Assembly: GCA_943787795.1 (NCBI GenBank)
Contig: CALSNU010000006.1
Location: 448,001 to 512,000, forward strand
Reading direction: 5' to 3'
Origin: an uncultured bacterium
GTDB taxonomy: Bacteria; Planctomycetota; UBA1135; GCA-002686595
Length of the DNA stretch: 64,000 nucleotides
Shown: positions 31,269 to 43,150 of the stretch, piece by piece
How the letters are laid out: each line of letters begins with the position of its first letter
Numbering within the stretch: position 1 is the first letter of the stretch
The notes under the pieces: model-generated
Seen by the model: only the letters and a program-made list of their open reading frames with translations
Database searches by the model: none
What the model was told of the DNA's origin: nothing
Position numbers and translations under genes: made by a program

Positions 31269-32147
31269 TCAGCCCACAGCGTCGCCCGAGCGGAGCGCCA
31301 TGTCGAGGGCCAGCCCGAGGAAGAGGGCCACGCCGACCCACCCGTTGATGGTGAAGAACGCCACGTCGACCCGGCTCAGGTCATCCTCGCGCACCAGGCT
31401 CTGCTCCCAGCACAAGAGCCCCACGGCCGCCGCGCAGCTGACCCAGAAGACCAGCCCGGTATCCGCCCGCCACGCCAGGAGCGCCAGGGAGAGGGCCGTG
31501 AGGGCGTGCAGCAGGCGCGACACCCTGAGGGCGCCGCCCACACCCAGCTTGGCGGGGATCGAGTGCAGCCCGCGCCCAGCGTCGAACTCAGCGTCCTGGC
31601 AGGCGTAGATCAGGTCGAAGCCCGCCACCCAAGTCCACACCGTGCAGAACAGCAGCAGCACCGGGACCAGGTCGCCCGAGAAGTCGCCCCGGACCGCGAT
31701 CCACGCCCCGAGGGGGGCCAGCCCGAGAGCAAGGCCCAGGACCAGGTGTACCGCGGCGCTGAAGCGCTTCACATAGCTGTAGCCAAGGAGCACCGCCAAG
31801 ACCGCGGGAGAGAGCCAGCCCGCGAGTTGGTTCAGGGTGAACGCGCCAGCGACGAAGACGCCCGCGGAGACGACCACCAGTCCGCGGGCGTACCCCACGG
31901 CCAGCGCGCCACTGGGTAGCTCCCTCCCGACGGTCCTCGGGTTCGCGGCGTCGATGTCTCGATCCACGAGCCGGTTGAAGGCCATCGCCGCGGTGCGCGC
32001 CGCGACAGCGCACAGGACGATCAACGCCAGGGTCCGGAGCGACGGCGGACCGCCCGCCGCCAACCATGCGCCCATGAGCGCGAAGGGCAGCGCGAAGACC
32101 GAGTGGCTGAACTTGACCAGCGACAGGGTGGCGGCGACCCGACTCAC
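31269..32147 (-). CDS. UbiA-family polyprenyltransferase (MqnP-like, menaquinone)
   Basis: KFSHSVFALPFA, ARTAAMAFNRLVDRDIDAANPRT, YSYVKRF and GFDLIYACQD. Confidence 0.92.
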   Translation of the reverse strand: MSRVAATLSLVKFSHSVFALPFALMGAWLAAGGPPSLRTLALIVLCAVAARTAAMAFNRLVDRDIDAANPRTVGRELPSGALAVGYARGLVVVSAGVFVAGAFTLNQLAGWLSPAVLAVLLGYSYVKRFSAAVHLVLGLALGLAPLGAWIAVRGDFSGDLVPVLLLFCTVWTWVAGFDLIYACQDAEFDAGRGLHSIPAKLGVGGALRVSRLLHALTALSLALLAWRADTGLVFWVSCAAAVGLLCWEQSLVREDDLSRVDVAFFTINGWVGVALFLGLALDMALRSGDAVG

Positions 32148-32857
32148 TGGGCCGCCCCGCCGGATGGTCCTCTGGCCCCCTCGCTCTCCGGGGGCGACGT
32201 CCCCGGATCGCCCGAGGGCTCCTCGAGCCCGCCCCAGCGGGCACCCACGTCCTGGACGACGCCCAGGCGATCGAGGGCCTTCCCGACCACGTGCGCCACG
32301 AGGTCATCGATGCTCTTCGGGAGGTGATAGAAGCCCGGCATACACGGGAGCACGATCCCGCCGAGCCGCACGGCGCGCAGCATGTTCTCCAGATGGATCT
32401 CGGAGAGCGGCGTCTCACGGGGCATCAGCAGCAGCCGCCGGCCCTCCTTCAGCGCCACGTCCGCGGCTCGCTCCACGAGGTTCGAGCTGAAGCCCGCGGT
32501 CACTCGGGCCAGCGTTCCCATGCTGCAGGGGGCGATGATCACGCCGCCGGTGAGCGACGTCCCGGAGGCCGCGGGGGCCTCGATCGCGTCGCTCGTGAAC
32601 ACGCGGACCCGGGCCTCCCATCCGGCAGGAAGCCCCGCCCCTCCGAGCCAACCCGGCAGCGCCTCGAGCAGCCGCTCGCCCCGGACGCCCGCCTCCACGC
32701 CCAGCTCGTGCCGCAAGACCTTGCAGCCCGCCTCCGTGATCGAGAGGTCAACCTCGCAACCAGCACGGAGGAGCTCGATCACGAGCCGCTCCGCATACGC
32801 GTGACCGCTCCCGCCCGTGAGCCCGACGAAGTACCTGAGGGGTCGATCTGCAGTCAT
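32144..32857 (-). CDS. ubiX: Flavin prenyltransferase UbiX
   Basis: VGLTGGSG, APAASG, APCSMGTL, RAADVALKE, RETPL and PGFYH.P. Confidence 0.93.
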   Translation of the reverse strand: MTADRPLRYFVGLTGGSGHAYAERLVIELLRAGCEVDLSITEAGCKVLRHELGVEAGVRGERLLEALPGWLGGAGLPAGWEARVRVFTSDAIEAPAASGTSLTGGVIIAPCSMGTLARVTAGFSSNLVERAADVALKEGRRLLLMPRETPLSEIHLENMLRAVRLGGIVLPCMPGFYHLPKSIDDLVAHVVGKALDRLGVVQDVGARWGGLEEPSGDPGTSPPESEGARGPSGGAAQ

Positions 32858-33702
32858 GGCGAACTGGGGAGGGCGCCGACCAGCAGCGCGAGGTTGAAGA
32901 ATGCGTGGGACCAGGCCGCGACGCCGAGGCCCCTCCAGAGGAAGAGGGCCGCCAGGAGGATGCCCGCGGTGGCCCGCCAGGTGAAGACCGCTGCATCGTA
33001 GGCCTCGCCACCCGGGCCGAGCCAGCCCGTGAAGGCCTCCAGGTGGAAACCTGCGAAGAGCAGGGCGGACCCCACCGACGCCACCGTCACCGCCCCCAGC
33101 CTCGCCGCGCCGGGGGCCGCGCCGAGCCAGGTGAAGAACTGCCGGCTCAGGAGCCAGAGGACGGAGAGCGCGCCGAGGCGAAAGACGATCTCCTCATAGG
33201 CGGCTCCGCCCATGACAAAGCCGGCGCGGGCCGCCGTCGGGCCCGAGGCGCTCCCGACGCTCAGCGTCATGGTCCCGACGTAGGGAGAGGCCACCTCCGC
33301 GGCCGCGAAGAGCACTGGCCCGAGCACCAGCGACCCGAGCGCCCCCTCGATGAGTGTCCTCGCAAAGCGCGGCGCGAGCGCTGCTCCCTGCTCACGGCGA
33401 ACCTGTAGCTGGAACGACACCAGCGCAGCGACCGCCAGCACACCAACGATCACCCGGCGAGCATCCACCACATCGGCGGCCCCCAGTCGCTGGAACGGAG
33501 AGAAGAGAATGGCCTCGGCCACCGCCCGCGGGTGCCCCGGTTCACCAGGGCCCGCAAACTCGTAGGCGATGAACAGGGGGAGCATCGCCAGAAACCCAAA
33601 GGAGACGCCCCGCGCCGGGCCGTCCACCCGCAACGAGAGCACCTTGGCCTGGGACACCGGCTCGTCCTCGAACTCCTCGTCGTCCTCCTCGTAAGTGGCC
33701 AT
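32854..33702 (-). CDS. CPBP (CAAX/Abi-family) intramembrane glutamic endopeptidase
   Basis: From ATG 33702: AAYEEIVFR, SALLFAGFH and AWSHAFFN motifs in a multi-pass membrane protein. Confidence 0.85.
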   Translation of the reverse strand: MATYEEDDEEFEDEPVSQAKVLSLRVDGPARGVSFGFLAMLPLFIAYEFAGPGEPGHPRAVAEAILFSPFQRLGAADVVDARRVIVGVLAVAALVSFQLQVRREQGAALAPRFARTLIEGALGSLVLGPVLFAAAEVASPYVGTMTLSVGSASGPTAARAGFVMGGAAYEEIVFRLGALSVLWLLSRQFFTWLGAAPGAARLGAVTVASVGSALLFAGFHLEAFTGWLGPGGEAYDAAVFTWRATAGILLAALFLWRGLGVAAWSHAFFNLALLVGALPSSP

Positions 33703-33709
33703 ACTCCGC

Positions 33710-34486
33710 TCAGCCTCGCGCGTCCGGCATCTGGGTTTGCGGGGGGACGACACCGTGGTGAATGCAGGCGATCCCGCGCCAGAGCCGCTCAAAGCCGCAG
33801 TCCACCAGCCCGTCGGCCTCCATCTCTTCCTGCAGCTGCTCCGGACCCGGCCAGCCCTGCACCGTGTCGTCCAGGTAGTTGTAGGCCGCCCGATCCCCGG
33901 AGAGCGCCCCGCCAATTCGCGGCAGGACATGCTCGAGGTAGGCGCGATAGATTCGGCCGAAGGCGTCCTTGCGAGGCATGCTGAACTCGAGCACGAGCAC
34001 CCGTCCCCCAGGACGGACCACCCGCGCCATCTCGCGGAGGCAGCGGCGCCGGTCCGCGACATTGCGGAGCCCGAAGGCGATCGTCGCGGCGTCTGCCACC
34101 GACCCTCCGATCGGGAGATCAAGGCCGTCCCCCTGGAGCCAGGCCACCGCTCCCCCCCTCTCGCGATCCTTGGAGGGCGCGATCGCCACCATCTCGTAGG
34201 TGAAGTCCACCCCCACCACCTGGGCTCCGGCCTTCGCAAAGAGCAGCGCGAGGTCTCCGGTGCCACACGCCACGTCCACCACCGTGGCCCCCGGCCCAGG
34301 AGAGCCCGCAGCGGCCATCACCTTGCGCCGCCAACTGCGGTCCACGCCCCCCGAGAGCACCCGGTTCGCGAGGTCGTATCGCCCGGCGATCCCGGCGAAC
34401 ATCGAACGGACTGCGGCGGGATCCGGCAAGGAAGGGTCGGGGAGGAAGAGGGAACGAAGCGGGCGCGGCCCAGTCGGCACAGACAC
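33710..34486 (-). CDS. ubiE: Menaquinone/ubiquinone C-methyltransferase UbiE/MenG (possible TTG start at 34429)
   Basis: VRSMF..IAGRYDLAN, DVACGTGD, IAFGLRNV, RVVRPGG and YNYLDDTV. Confidence 0.94.
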   Translation of the reverse strand: MSVPTGPRPLRSLFLPDPSLPDPAAVRSMFAGIAGRYDLANRVLSGGVDRSWRRKVMAAAGSPGPGATVVDVACGTGDLALLFAKAGAQVVGVDFTYEMVAIAPSKDRERGGAVAWLQGDGLDLPIGGSVADAATIAFGLRNVADRRRCLREMARVVRPGGRVLVLEFSMPRKDAFGRIYRAYLEHVLPRIGGALSGDRAAYNYLDDTVQGWPGPEQLQEEMEADGLVDCGFERLWRGIACIHHGVVPPQTQMPDARG

Positions 34487-34488
34487 CC

Positions 34489-34530
34489 AAAAATGAGGGC
34501 TGCGCCCGCGATTCGCTCGCGGACGCAGCC
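34489..34530 (-). terminator. Probable Rho-independent terminator of the large lipoprotein gene
   Basis: The minus strand reads GGCTGCGTCCGCGA-gcgaa-TCGCGGGCGCAGCC followed by CTCATTTTT, about 70 nt after the stop codon at 34603. Confidence 0.7.
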
Positions 34531-34602
34531 GGGATTCTCAGGCCCCGGAGGAACCGGGTGGATGCCTACGAAAGGGACGGACGGGCGCGGAGCCCCGGTC
34601 CA

Positions 34603-37600
34603 TCACTGTCGCCAGTAGTCCGCGAGGAGCGTCACCTGCGGGACCGGCACCGACTGGATGCCGGGCAGGTAGGGGTTGGTGTCGAATCGCGGAGTACCCG
34701 TCGCGCCGAGGGCGAGGACGTCGATCACGCCGCTGCCACCGATGGGGTTCGGGACCGAAGCGAACAGGAAACGAGGCTCCGAGGTGTTCAGACCGCCACC
34801 GCCGATGAGTCGGTAGGACGACTTGCTGTTGGCCGGAATCGGCGAGCCAGCGCTGAACGTGTTGGACGGGCCCGGGACACCGCCGAGGTTGCGCTGGTTA
34901 TCGAAGGCGATGTCCAGAGGGATGCCCGAGAGTTGGCCCAGGGCCTGACTCAGGGACAGCGGCACACCGTATTGGAGGTCGCGGAAGTTCGCGTTACCGA
35001 CGCCGATCTGCGTCAGGGGGATCTGGCCGGCGATCGCGCTCTCAATCCGGAGGCGAGAGATCGCGCCGATGCCGAGGTTGCCGGGGTTACCGGTGGTCAC
35101 GTCGATCGGGCCCTCGTGGACCACGTAGACCGATCCATCGAGGTTGATCGGGTCGATCTGGATCTGCTTGGGCGCCTGGAAATCGAAGGGAAGAATGCCG
35201 ACGACGTCGTCGAAGCCCCAGCCGTTCACGCCGTTCGGACCGGACTCGAAGAGCGCGACGGTACCGGAGCGGTTGAGGGCGTAGGCAAAGTACACGCCTC
35301 GCTGGAAGGAGAAGCCGAGCATCCGCGGGGTGATGCAGACCTCGAACGGGCGGTTCAACTGCGAGTTGATGGTCCGTCGCACGTCGAGCGACGACGCGGC
35401 GATGATCGACATCGTGTTGCTGAGCTCGTTGGTCACGAGGATGTCCTCGTTGGTGGGCTCGAAGGCAATACCGCGGGGCGAGTTGCCCACCTGGATCGTC
35501 CGGATCACCTGGTGGAACTGCGCCGACTGCGGATTGATATCCACGAAGGTCACCGTGTCCGCCAGCTGGTTGCTGATCGCCAGCAGGTCGATGTTCGGCC
35601 CCATGGCCATGGACGTGGGGTCAGGGACCGCGATGCGGTCGATGACCGTCATCCGGTTCGAGTTGAACACGACGATCTCGCTGCGCGGACGGTCTGCCAC
35701 ATAGAGGAAGTGACCGATCTGCTGACGCATCTGGTACTGCGTGCAGTTCTGCGATTGGGTCTGCCCGAAGCTCGGCCCGAGGAAGAACAGGTTCTGCTCG
35801 AGGGTCAGCAGGCCCGAGGGCGGCGTGTTCGTCGCCGGGATCGGGAACGGGTTGCCCGAGACCAGCAGGTTGTTCGTCAGGGTGTCGATGGACGTCGGCT
35901 CGTTGCCACCGATGAAGGGCGACACGCACTGGGGCGGGAAGGCGAGCGTCGGAGGGTTGGGGTGCGGCGCCCACGAGATGATGTTCTCGTAGCCAGGGCT
36001 GATGCCGCCGAACTGGTTGACCTGCGCCGGAGCGAGGGTGTTGGGTTGGTTGCCCTGGACCGACGCGATGACCTTGAGACCATCGAGCGCGCAGACGTTG
36101 CCGCCGCCGGCCTGGCAGCCGAAGGGCGGGGGCGCGTTGCGGAGCGTGCCGTCGAGCGCGTGGCCGATGTGAATGTCCGTCACCGTGCTGATCAGCGGCG
36201 CGCGAACGATGAGGTCCTCCAGGCTGCTGTCCTTGACGAGCGTGAAGACGCCAGCGGAGCCACCGTTCACCGTGCAATCGCCCGGGTTCAGAAGCGGACG
36301 GATCGTCGGGTTCTGCGTGACGTTCTGGTCGTAGGGGAACCGAGACTCACCCTCGAGCGGGTAAGGCTGCGAGGACACCGGGTTGCCCGTCGACTGACCG
36401 AAGCCATTGAGGTCGAGCACCGAGATTCCGGGAGAAGCACCGCTCCGCGCGACGTAGATCGTGTCCGGGGCGACGGGGGCGTTCACGAGGCCGGGACCTT
36501 CGCCCGTCTCGAAGAAGCTCGTCGTCCCGAGGGAGTTCACGTTGGGCTGGAAGCCGCCGACGCCGTTCGGCGTCTGGGCGAAGTCCTCAATCTGATCGGT
36601 CGCCAGGTTGATGTCCACCCGCGAGAAGGTGCCGCAGGTCTGGAACTCCGGACCCTGCCCGGGGAACGAGAAGCCGGGGAAGATCTGATACGTGGACAGA
36701 TCGAACGGGCTCACCGGAAGCGCGGTGAAGGGCATCACCGTGATCGACGTCGGCGGACCGAACGTGACCTGGAAGGCTGAGGAGAGCGAGGGCGGGTTCA
36801 CACCAGCGATCTCGCCCACCGAGTAGGGCTGAACCGGCTCGGTAAAGCTCACGCGGATCGCCGTCTGGGGGTCCACATCGACCTCCCCATTGGTGGGTGT
36901 GATCAGCGGTGCCGACGTGGGCGGCGGCTCGGTGATCACCTCCGGAGACAGCGTGTCGCTGCCCACCGTGGACGAGGCGAGGACGGGATCCGACAGGGTG
37001 CGGCCGTTCGTGGCAAGGAGCGCCTTGCTGGCCGAGAAGCGGATCTGGACGTTCGCGGGGAACGTGTTGAAGCTGTTGAGGTCGTTGTCGTCGTCCGCCA
37101 CAAACACGATGGTCTTGTCCGACACAAGATCAGCGGCGTTGGGAACGAAGGAGTTCACACCGGGGAAGCCGTTCGCCTCCGGGACGAGTGCGAGGAGGAA
37201 GCCAGGGTTGGCCGGGTCTTCCTCGACCCAGGGCACGAGGTTGAGCTGCGGCGGGTTACCGGTCGCCGGCCCCACCAGCGTCTTGCCCCCGATGAACACC
37301 CGACCGCTGGCCGGCAGGGAGGCGCCGCTGAACGGGTTCAGTGTCGTCACACCCACAGCGCCCGAAAGGGTCGGGCTCGACGGGCTCGGATTCACCACCG
37401 ACTCCGGGTCGATCACCTGGGTGAAGTTGGCGTAGATGTAGTGGTTCCCCGGCTCACCGTTGGGGAGCGTTGCCGTCGGCTCGAAGAACGGCGTCGGCAA
37501 GATCGGGTTGCTCCGCGTCACGTTATCGACGATGTCTTCCATCGTGCGGATCGCGATGATCTGACCCGTCGGAGCACCCGTCGAATCCAGCTGCGGGACG

Positions 37601-37824
37601 CGGTGTGGCAGCAGCGGTCCGAAGCCGTTGCCGACCTCGTTCAGGCGCAGCAGTGCGCCAGAGCCGGAGACACCGTCCTGGGACGCCTTCCCGCCGCCGC
37701 ACCCTGCGACCAGGGCGGTGATGGCGAGTCCCGTGGCGAGCGTGCGAGCGATGGGCCGAGAATCGGCCGCGCCAGCGGATTTGACTTCTTCGTGCATGAA
37801 GAGCATCGGGGGGGTTGTTGCCAC
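34603..37824 (-). CDS. Large surface lipoprotein with an Ig-like (Big_5-type) domain and a YVTN-like beta-propeller
   Basis: Lipobox LVAGC-GGG; ITPTNGEVDVDPQTAIRVSFTEPV; propeller blades TIQVGNSPRGIAF and ILVTNELSNTMSII; rich in N/P/S/T/G. Confidence 0.75.
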   Translation of the reverse strand: MATTPPMLFMHEEVKSAGAADSRPIARTLATGLAITALVAGCGGGKASQDGVSGSGALLRLNEVGNGFGPLLPHRVPQLDSTGAPTGQIIAIRTMEDIVDNVTRSNPILPTPFFEPTATLPNGEPGNHYIYANFTQVIDPESVVNPSPSSPTLSGAVGVTTLNPFSGASLPASGRVFIGGKTLVGPATGNPPQLNLVPWVEEDPANPGFLLALVPEANGFPGVNSFVPNAADLVSDKTIVFVADDDNDLNSFNTFPANVQIRFSASKALLATNGRTLSDPVLASSTVGSDTLSPEVITEPPPTSAPLITPTNGEVDVDPQTAIRVSFTEPVQPYSVGEIAGVNPPSLSSAFQVTFGPPTSITVMPFTALPVSPFDLSTYQIFPGFSFPGQGPEFQTCGTFSRVDINLATDQIEDFAQTPNGVGGFQPNVNSLGTTSFFETGEGPGLVNAPVAPDTIYVARSGASPGISVLDLNGFGQSTGNPVSSQPYPLEGESRFPYDQNVTQNPTIRPLLNPGDCTVNGGSAGVFTLVKDSSLEDLIVRAPLISTVTDIHIGHALDGTLRNAPPPFGCQAGGGNVCALDGLKVIASVQGNQPNTLAPAQVNQFGGISPGYENIISWAPHPNPPTLAFPPQCVSPFIGGNEPTSIDTLTNNLLVSGNPFPIPATNTPPSGLLTLEQNLFFLGPSFGQTQSQNCTQYQMRQQIGHFLYVADRPRSEIVVFNSNRMTVIDRIAVPDPTSMAMGPNIDLLAISNQLADTVTFVDINPQSAQFHQVIRTIQVGNSPRGIAFEPTNEDILVTNELSNTMSIIAASSLDVRRTINSQLNRPFEVCITPRMLGFSFQRGVYFAYALNRSGTVALFESGPNGVNGWGFDDVVGILPFDFQAPKQIQIDPINLDGSVYVVHEGPIDVTTGNPGNLGIGAISRLRIESAIAGQIPLTQIGVGNANFRDLQYGVPLSLSQALGQLSGIPLDIAFDNQRNLGGVPGPSNTFSAGSPIPANSKSSYRLIGGGGLNTSEPRFLFASVPNPIGGSGVIDVLALGATGTPRFDTNPYLPGIQSVPVPQVTLLADYWRQ

Positions 37825-38806
37825 CGGGTGAGAGCCCGGTGACGTACGGCCTCGAGGGCCGAACAGTCGGAGTGGAGGACCGCTCCCGGTGGCGCCGAGA
37901 GCGCCGAGGAAACGGTTGGAATCTGGGGGTGCGCGAGAGGGAGTCCAACTCCCGTGCCAGCTAACCCATGAGCGGTGCGCCCAAGGGGTCGGCTCGCAAG
38001 CGCAACGGACTGATCAACATCAGCTTCACCCTGCGGTTACGAACGACACGCGCGATTTGAAAAGAGCCCTCTAGCCGCCCCCATCGTGGGAAGGGACGGC
38101 CGTGCAGTGTGCGGAATCGTTGCACTCGAACGCCCCAAGAGGCCCTCGGATGGTCTGGAGCGCACACTTGGCGGCACGCCCAGACCGGCGATTCCCGATG
38201 TAGTTTGGGAATGCAAATGGGTGGTGTCAAGGCAGGCTCTCCGTCTGCCCCAAAGCCGTGGAGAGGCTCTTTTCGGGCACCCAGGCCCGGCTTTTGCCCG
38301 GATCGCACGATTGGGCCTCTCAGCCCGGCTCCCTGGCCGAAGGGGCCGTTCGGTCCACCGAGGCCGTCGCGGAGTCCGCCGCCGGGGCAATCGCCGCGGG
38401 GCCAAGCCGGGAGGGGGCAGGCCGGTGGCCCAGGGAGCGAGCCCAGGGAGCGAGCCCAGCGGGCAGGACCGGGGAGCTGACCTGGGCGAAGGAGCCAGGG
38501 AGGACCGACCCAATGCAGAGGCCCGTCCCGCAGGCCCAGCGAGGCGCCCCGAAGCACGACGACCTCCGACAAGGAGCTGCGGGAGCGCCACGCTGCAGGA
38601 ATGCTCCGCTGTGCGAGAGGCGGCGGCGGAGGCGCCTCCAGCAAGGCAGCCCACCGCATGTTCTTCCGTCGGGTCCCCCGGAAGGGTCGCCACGGGTGCT
38701 CGGCGGGGTGCCCCCGGGCGAGGCGCCGCGGGATCCACCCGCCAATGCCACCGTCGAGTGACCTGCCTCCTTCGCTTGCGGCGCGCGACGCGCTATCCTC
38801 GGGGCC

Positions 38807-39960
38807 ATGAACGGCGGGGGATTGAATCAGGAGGGCGGGCCGTCGCAGCAAGGCAGCCATGCAATGCCCCCGACGCCCAAGCCTGATCAGCCAGGCGCAT
38901 CCGGCGATCACGTTTTCAACCCCTCGGCGCTTGAGGACCTGGGCACGCCCGGCTCCAGGGGAGGCTCGGCGCCGGAGCGCATCACCGAGGTCGGGCTCCG
39001 CCCGGTGGCGCTGGCGGAGTTTGTGGGCCAGGGCGGGGTCGTCGAGAACCTCAGGGTCCACCTCGACGCCGCCATGGAGAGGGAAGAACCGCCGGATCAC
39101 GTCCTGTTCAGCGGCCCTCCCGGGCTCGGCAAGACGAGCCTCGCGAGGATCATGGCCGGCGAGCTGGGCACCAGCCTCCAGCCCACCTCCGGGCCAGCCC
39201 TCGACAAGCCTCGGGACCTGGTCGGCCTGCTGACCAGCTTGAAGCGCGGCGACGTCCTCTTCATCGACGAGATCCACCGCCTCCCCATCGCCGTCGAGGA
39301 GTACCTCTACACCGCGATGGAGGACTTCCGGGTGGAGATGACCCTGGACAGCGGCCCTCACGCCCGGATCCTCCCGATCGAGCTGGAGCCCTTCACACTC
39401 GTGGGCGCGACCACCAGGGAGGGACTCCTGTCCGCCCCCTTCCGCGCTCGCTTCGGGCTGTCCCTGCGACTGGACCCCTACCCGGCGCTGGAGCTCGAGC
39501 AGATCGTCCGGCGCGCCGCGGGCATCCTCAAGGTGCGGATCGACGACGAGGCCGCGGCCATCCTCGCGGCTCGTAGCCGCGGCACCCCGCGCATCGCCGG
39601 CCGCTTCCTCAAGCGCGTGAGAGACCGTGCTCAGGTCGACGGTAACCGCGCGATCGATGCGGACCTCGCCGAGGCGACCCTGCGAAGCATCGGGGTGGAC
39701 GGACACGGGCTCGAGGAGATGGACCGAAGGATCCTCCGATGCCTCGCGGATCACGCCCCGCAGCCCGCCGCGCTCAAGACCATCGCCGCGGTGATCGGCG
39801 AGATGGAGGACACCATCGAGGATGTCTTCGAGCCACACCTCCTGCGCTCTGGGTTTCTCCGCAAGACGCCACGTGGGCGGGTGATCACGGAGCAGGGACT
39901 GCAGCTGATTGGCGCCGAGCCCCCCATGGCACCGGAGCAGGGCGGCTTGCCCTTCAGCAC

Positions 39961-39964
<4 letters not shown>
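38807..39964 (+). CDS. ruvB: Holliday junction branch migration helicase RuvB
   Basis: LRP..L.EFVGQ, GPPGLGKTSLA, LFIDEIHRL, GATTR, RGTPRIA, EPHLL and TPRGR. Confidence 0.97.
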
Positions 39965-41408
<1,444 letters not shown>

Positions 41409-41412
<4 letters not shown>

Positions 41413-42641
41413 CCTCTCCCTCCGACGCCGCTGCCCCCTCGGGCGAGCTGCCGTCCTCAAGCCAGGCGGGCTTCGCCTTCCAGGTCGAGGCCGCTGCCCC
41501 CGGAGATCCCGAGGCCAAACGAGCCCGCGTGGGGCGCTTCTCCACGCCGCACGGCGACGTTCAGACGCCGGCCTTCATGCCCGTGGGGACCCGCGGGACC
41601 ATCAAGGGCGTGCTCCCCCGCGACATCGGCGAGGTGGGATCGACCATGATCCTCGCCAATACCCTTCACCTGCATCTGCGCCCCGGCGAGGAGGCGGTGG
41701 CGGCCCTCGGCGGCCTCCATCGCTTCATGTCCTGGGACGGCCCGATCCTCACCGACTCCGGCGGGTACCAGGTGTTCAGCATGGCGGACATCTCCACCCT
41801 CGACGATGACGGCGTCACGTTCAAGTCCATCGTGGACGGGGACCGGATCCGCCTCACCCCCGAGCGCGCCATCCAGATCCAGCAGCGGCTCGGCCCGGAC
41901 GTCTACATGGCCTTCGATCATTGCCCGGCCGACCCGGGGGATCGCGCCGGGGTGACCGAGGCCACGGACCGCACCCACCGCTGGCTGGAGCGCTGCGTGG
42001 AGGTCTACCGCCAGGCCGGCGGCGTGGAGGGATCCGGTCAGGCGCTCTTCGGCATCGTTCAGGGTGGAGCGTTCGAGGATCTCCGGCGAGCCAGCGTCGA
42101 GGCGGTCGCGAGCCACGACCTCGTGGGCAACGCCATTGGCGGCGTCAGCGTCGGAGAGGACAGAGAGGCCATGCGTGTCGCGGTGGAGGCGGCCGCCCCG
42201 GCGCTGCCCGCTGACCGCCCGCGCTACCTCATGGGCGTCGGCACCCCGCGCGACTTCTTCGATGCCATCGCCGCGGGCATCGACCTGTTCGACTGCGTGA
42301 CCCCGACGCGCCACGGCCGAACCCATCAGGTCTGGACGAGCCGCGGCCGCGTCAACCTTCGCAACGCCGGCTGGAAGACCGTCGACGCGCCCCTGGACCC
42401 GATCTTCCGCGCTCCCCACGTGGCCGACGTCCCCGTGGGCGTCCTGCGCCACCTCTGCCTCTCCAACGAGATGCTCGGCGCCACCTACCTGTCGCTCCAC
42501 AACCTCCACCTGTTCCACGAGCTGATGCGGCTCATCCGCGAAGCCATCCCGAAGGGCGAGCTCTCCGCCCTGCGCGACCACTGGGTCCCGCGCCTCGAGC
42601 GAAGGCTCACCCCGGACGAATTCCTCGCCGGCGACTTCTGA
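41409..42641 (+). CDS. tgt: tRNA-guanine transglycosylase, zinc-site Cys motif absent
   Basis: TPAFMPVGT, ILANTLHL, TDSGGYQVFS, FGIVQGG, GGVSVGE, YLMGVG, DCVTPTR and LHNL. Confidence 0.96.
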
Positions 42642-42823
42642 TCCGCGCGGCCTCGCGCCGCAGCTCCCCGCCTGGGCGTTGATCGATCCCTGCCCCCGGC
42701 ACCGGATGCCCGCCCGAGAGAAGCTCGATCGAAACGGGCTAGGTCGGCAGCAGCCAGGTCGCGAGGCGCTCCGTGTGAGAGGCCCGGTTGCCAACGGCTC
42801 CGTCTCCCAGCGGCCGGGGCCCA

Positions 42824-42956
42824 TCGGCCGGGCTCCCAGCGGTCGGGCTCCCAAGCGACGGCTCACACAGCGGCCATATACACAGCGGCCGTTCACACAG
42901 CGGCCAGTCCCACAGGATCCAGTCCCAAAGGATCCAGTCCCCTGGGGCCCGGTCCC
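42824..42956. repeat. Drifting tandem array with a period of about 15 bp (e.g. CACACAGCGGCCATA, CCCACAGGATCCAGT)
   Basis: Neighbouring units are similar while the ends of the array differ; intergenic between convergent genes. Confidence 0.75.
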
Positions 42957-43150
42957 TCCGCGGTCCGGCACCTCTGCGGTTCGACACTCCAAGGGTCCGG
43001 CCCCCCTGCCGTTTGGCACCCTTTCCGTCTGGCACCCCTGCCGTCTGGCGCCCCAACAGCACGGCGGACCCACCGCTGGGCCATGTCGCATCAGGGGCTG
43101 GTTGTGCGCGCAGCCCCCATCCGGAACTGGAGACCTCGCCCGCCGCAGGC

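Noticed and set aside
34558..36780. 740-aa plus-strand ORF
   Set aside because: Antisense shadow of the large lipoprotein gene.
37961..39838. 625-aa minus-strand ORF and other ORFs in 37.9-38.8 kb
   Set aside because: Mostly antisense to ruvB; the remainder is Arg/Pro/Gly-rich with no coding signature.
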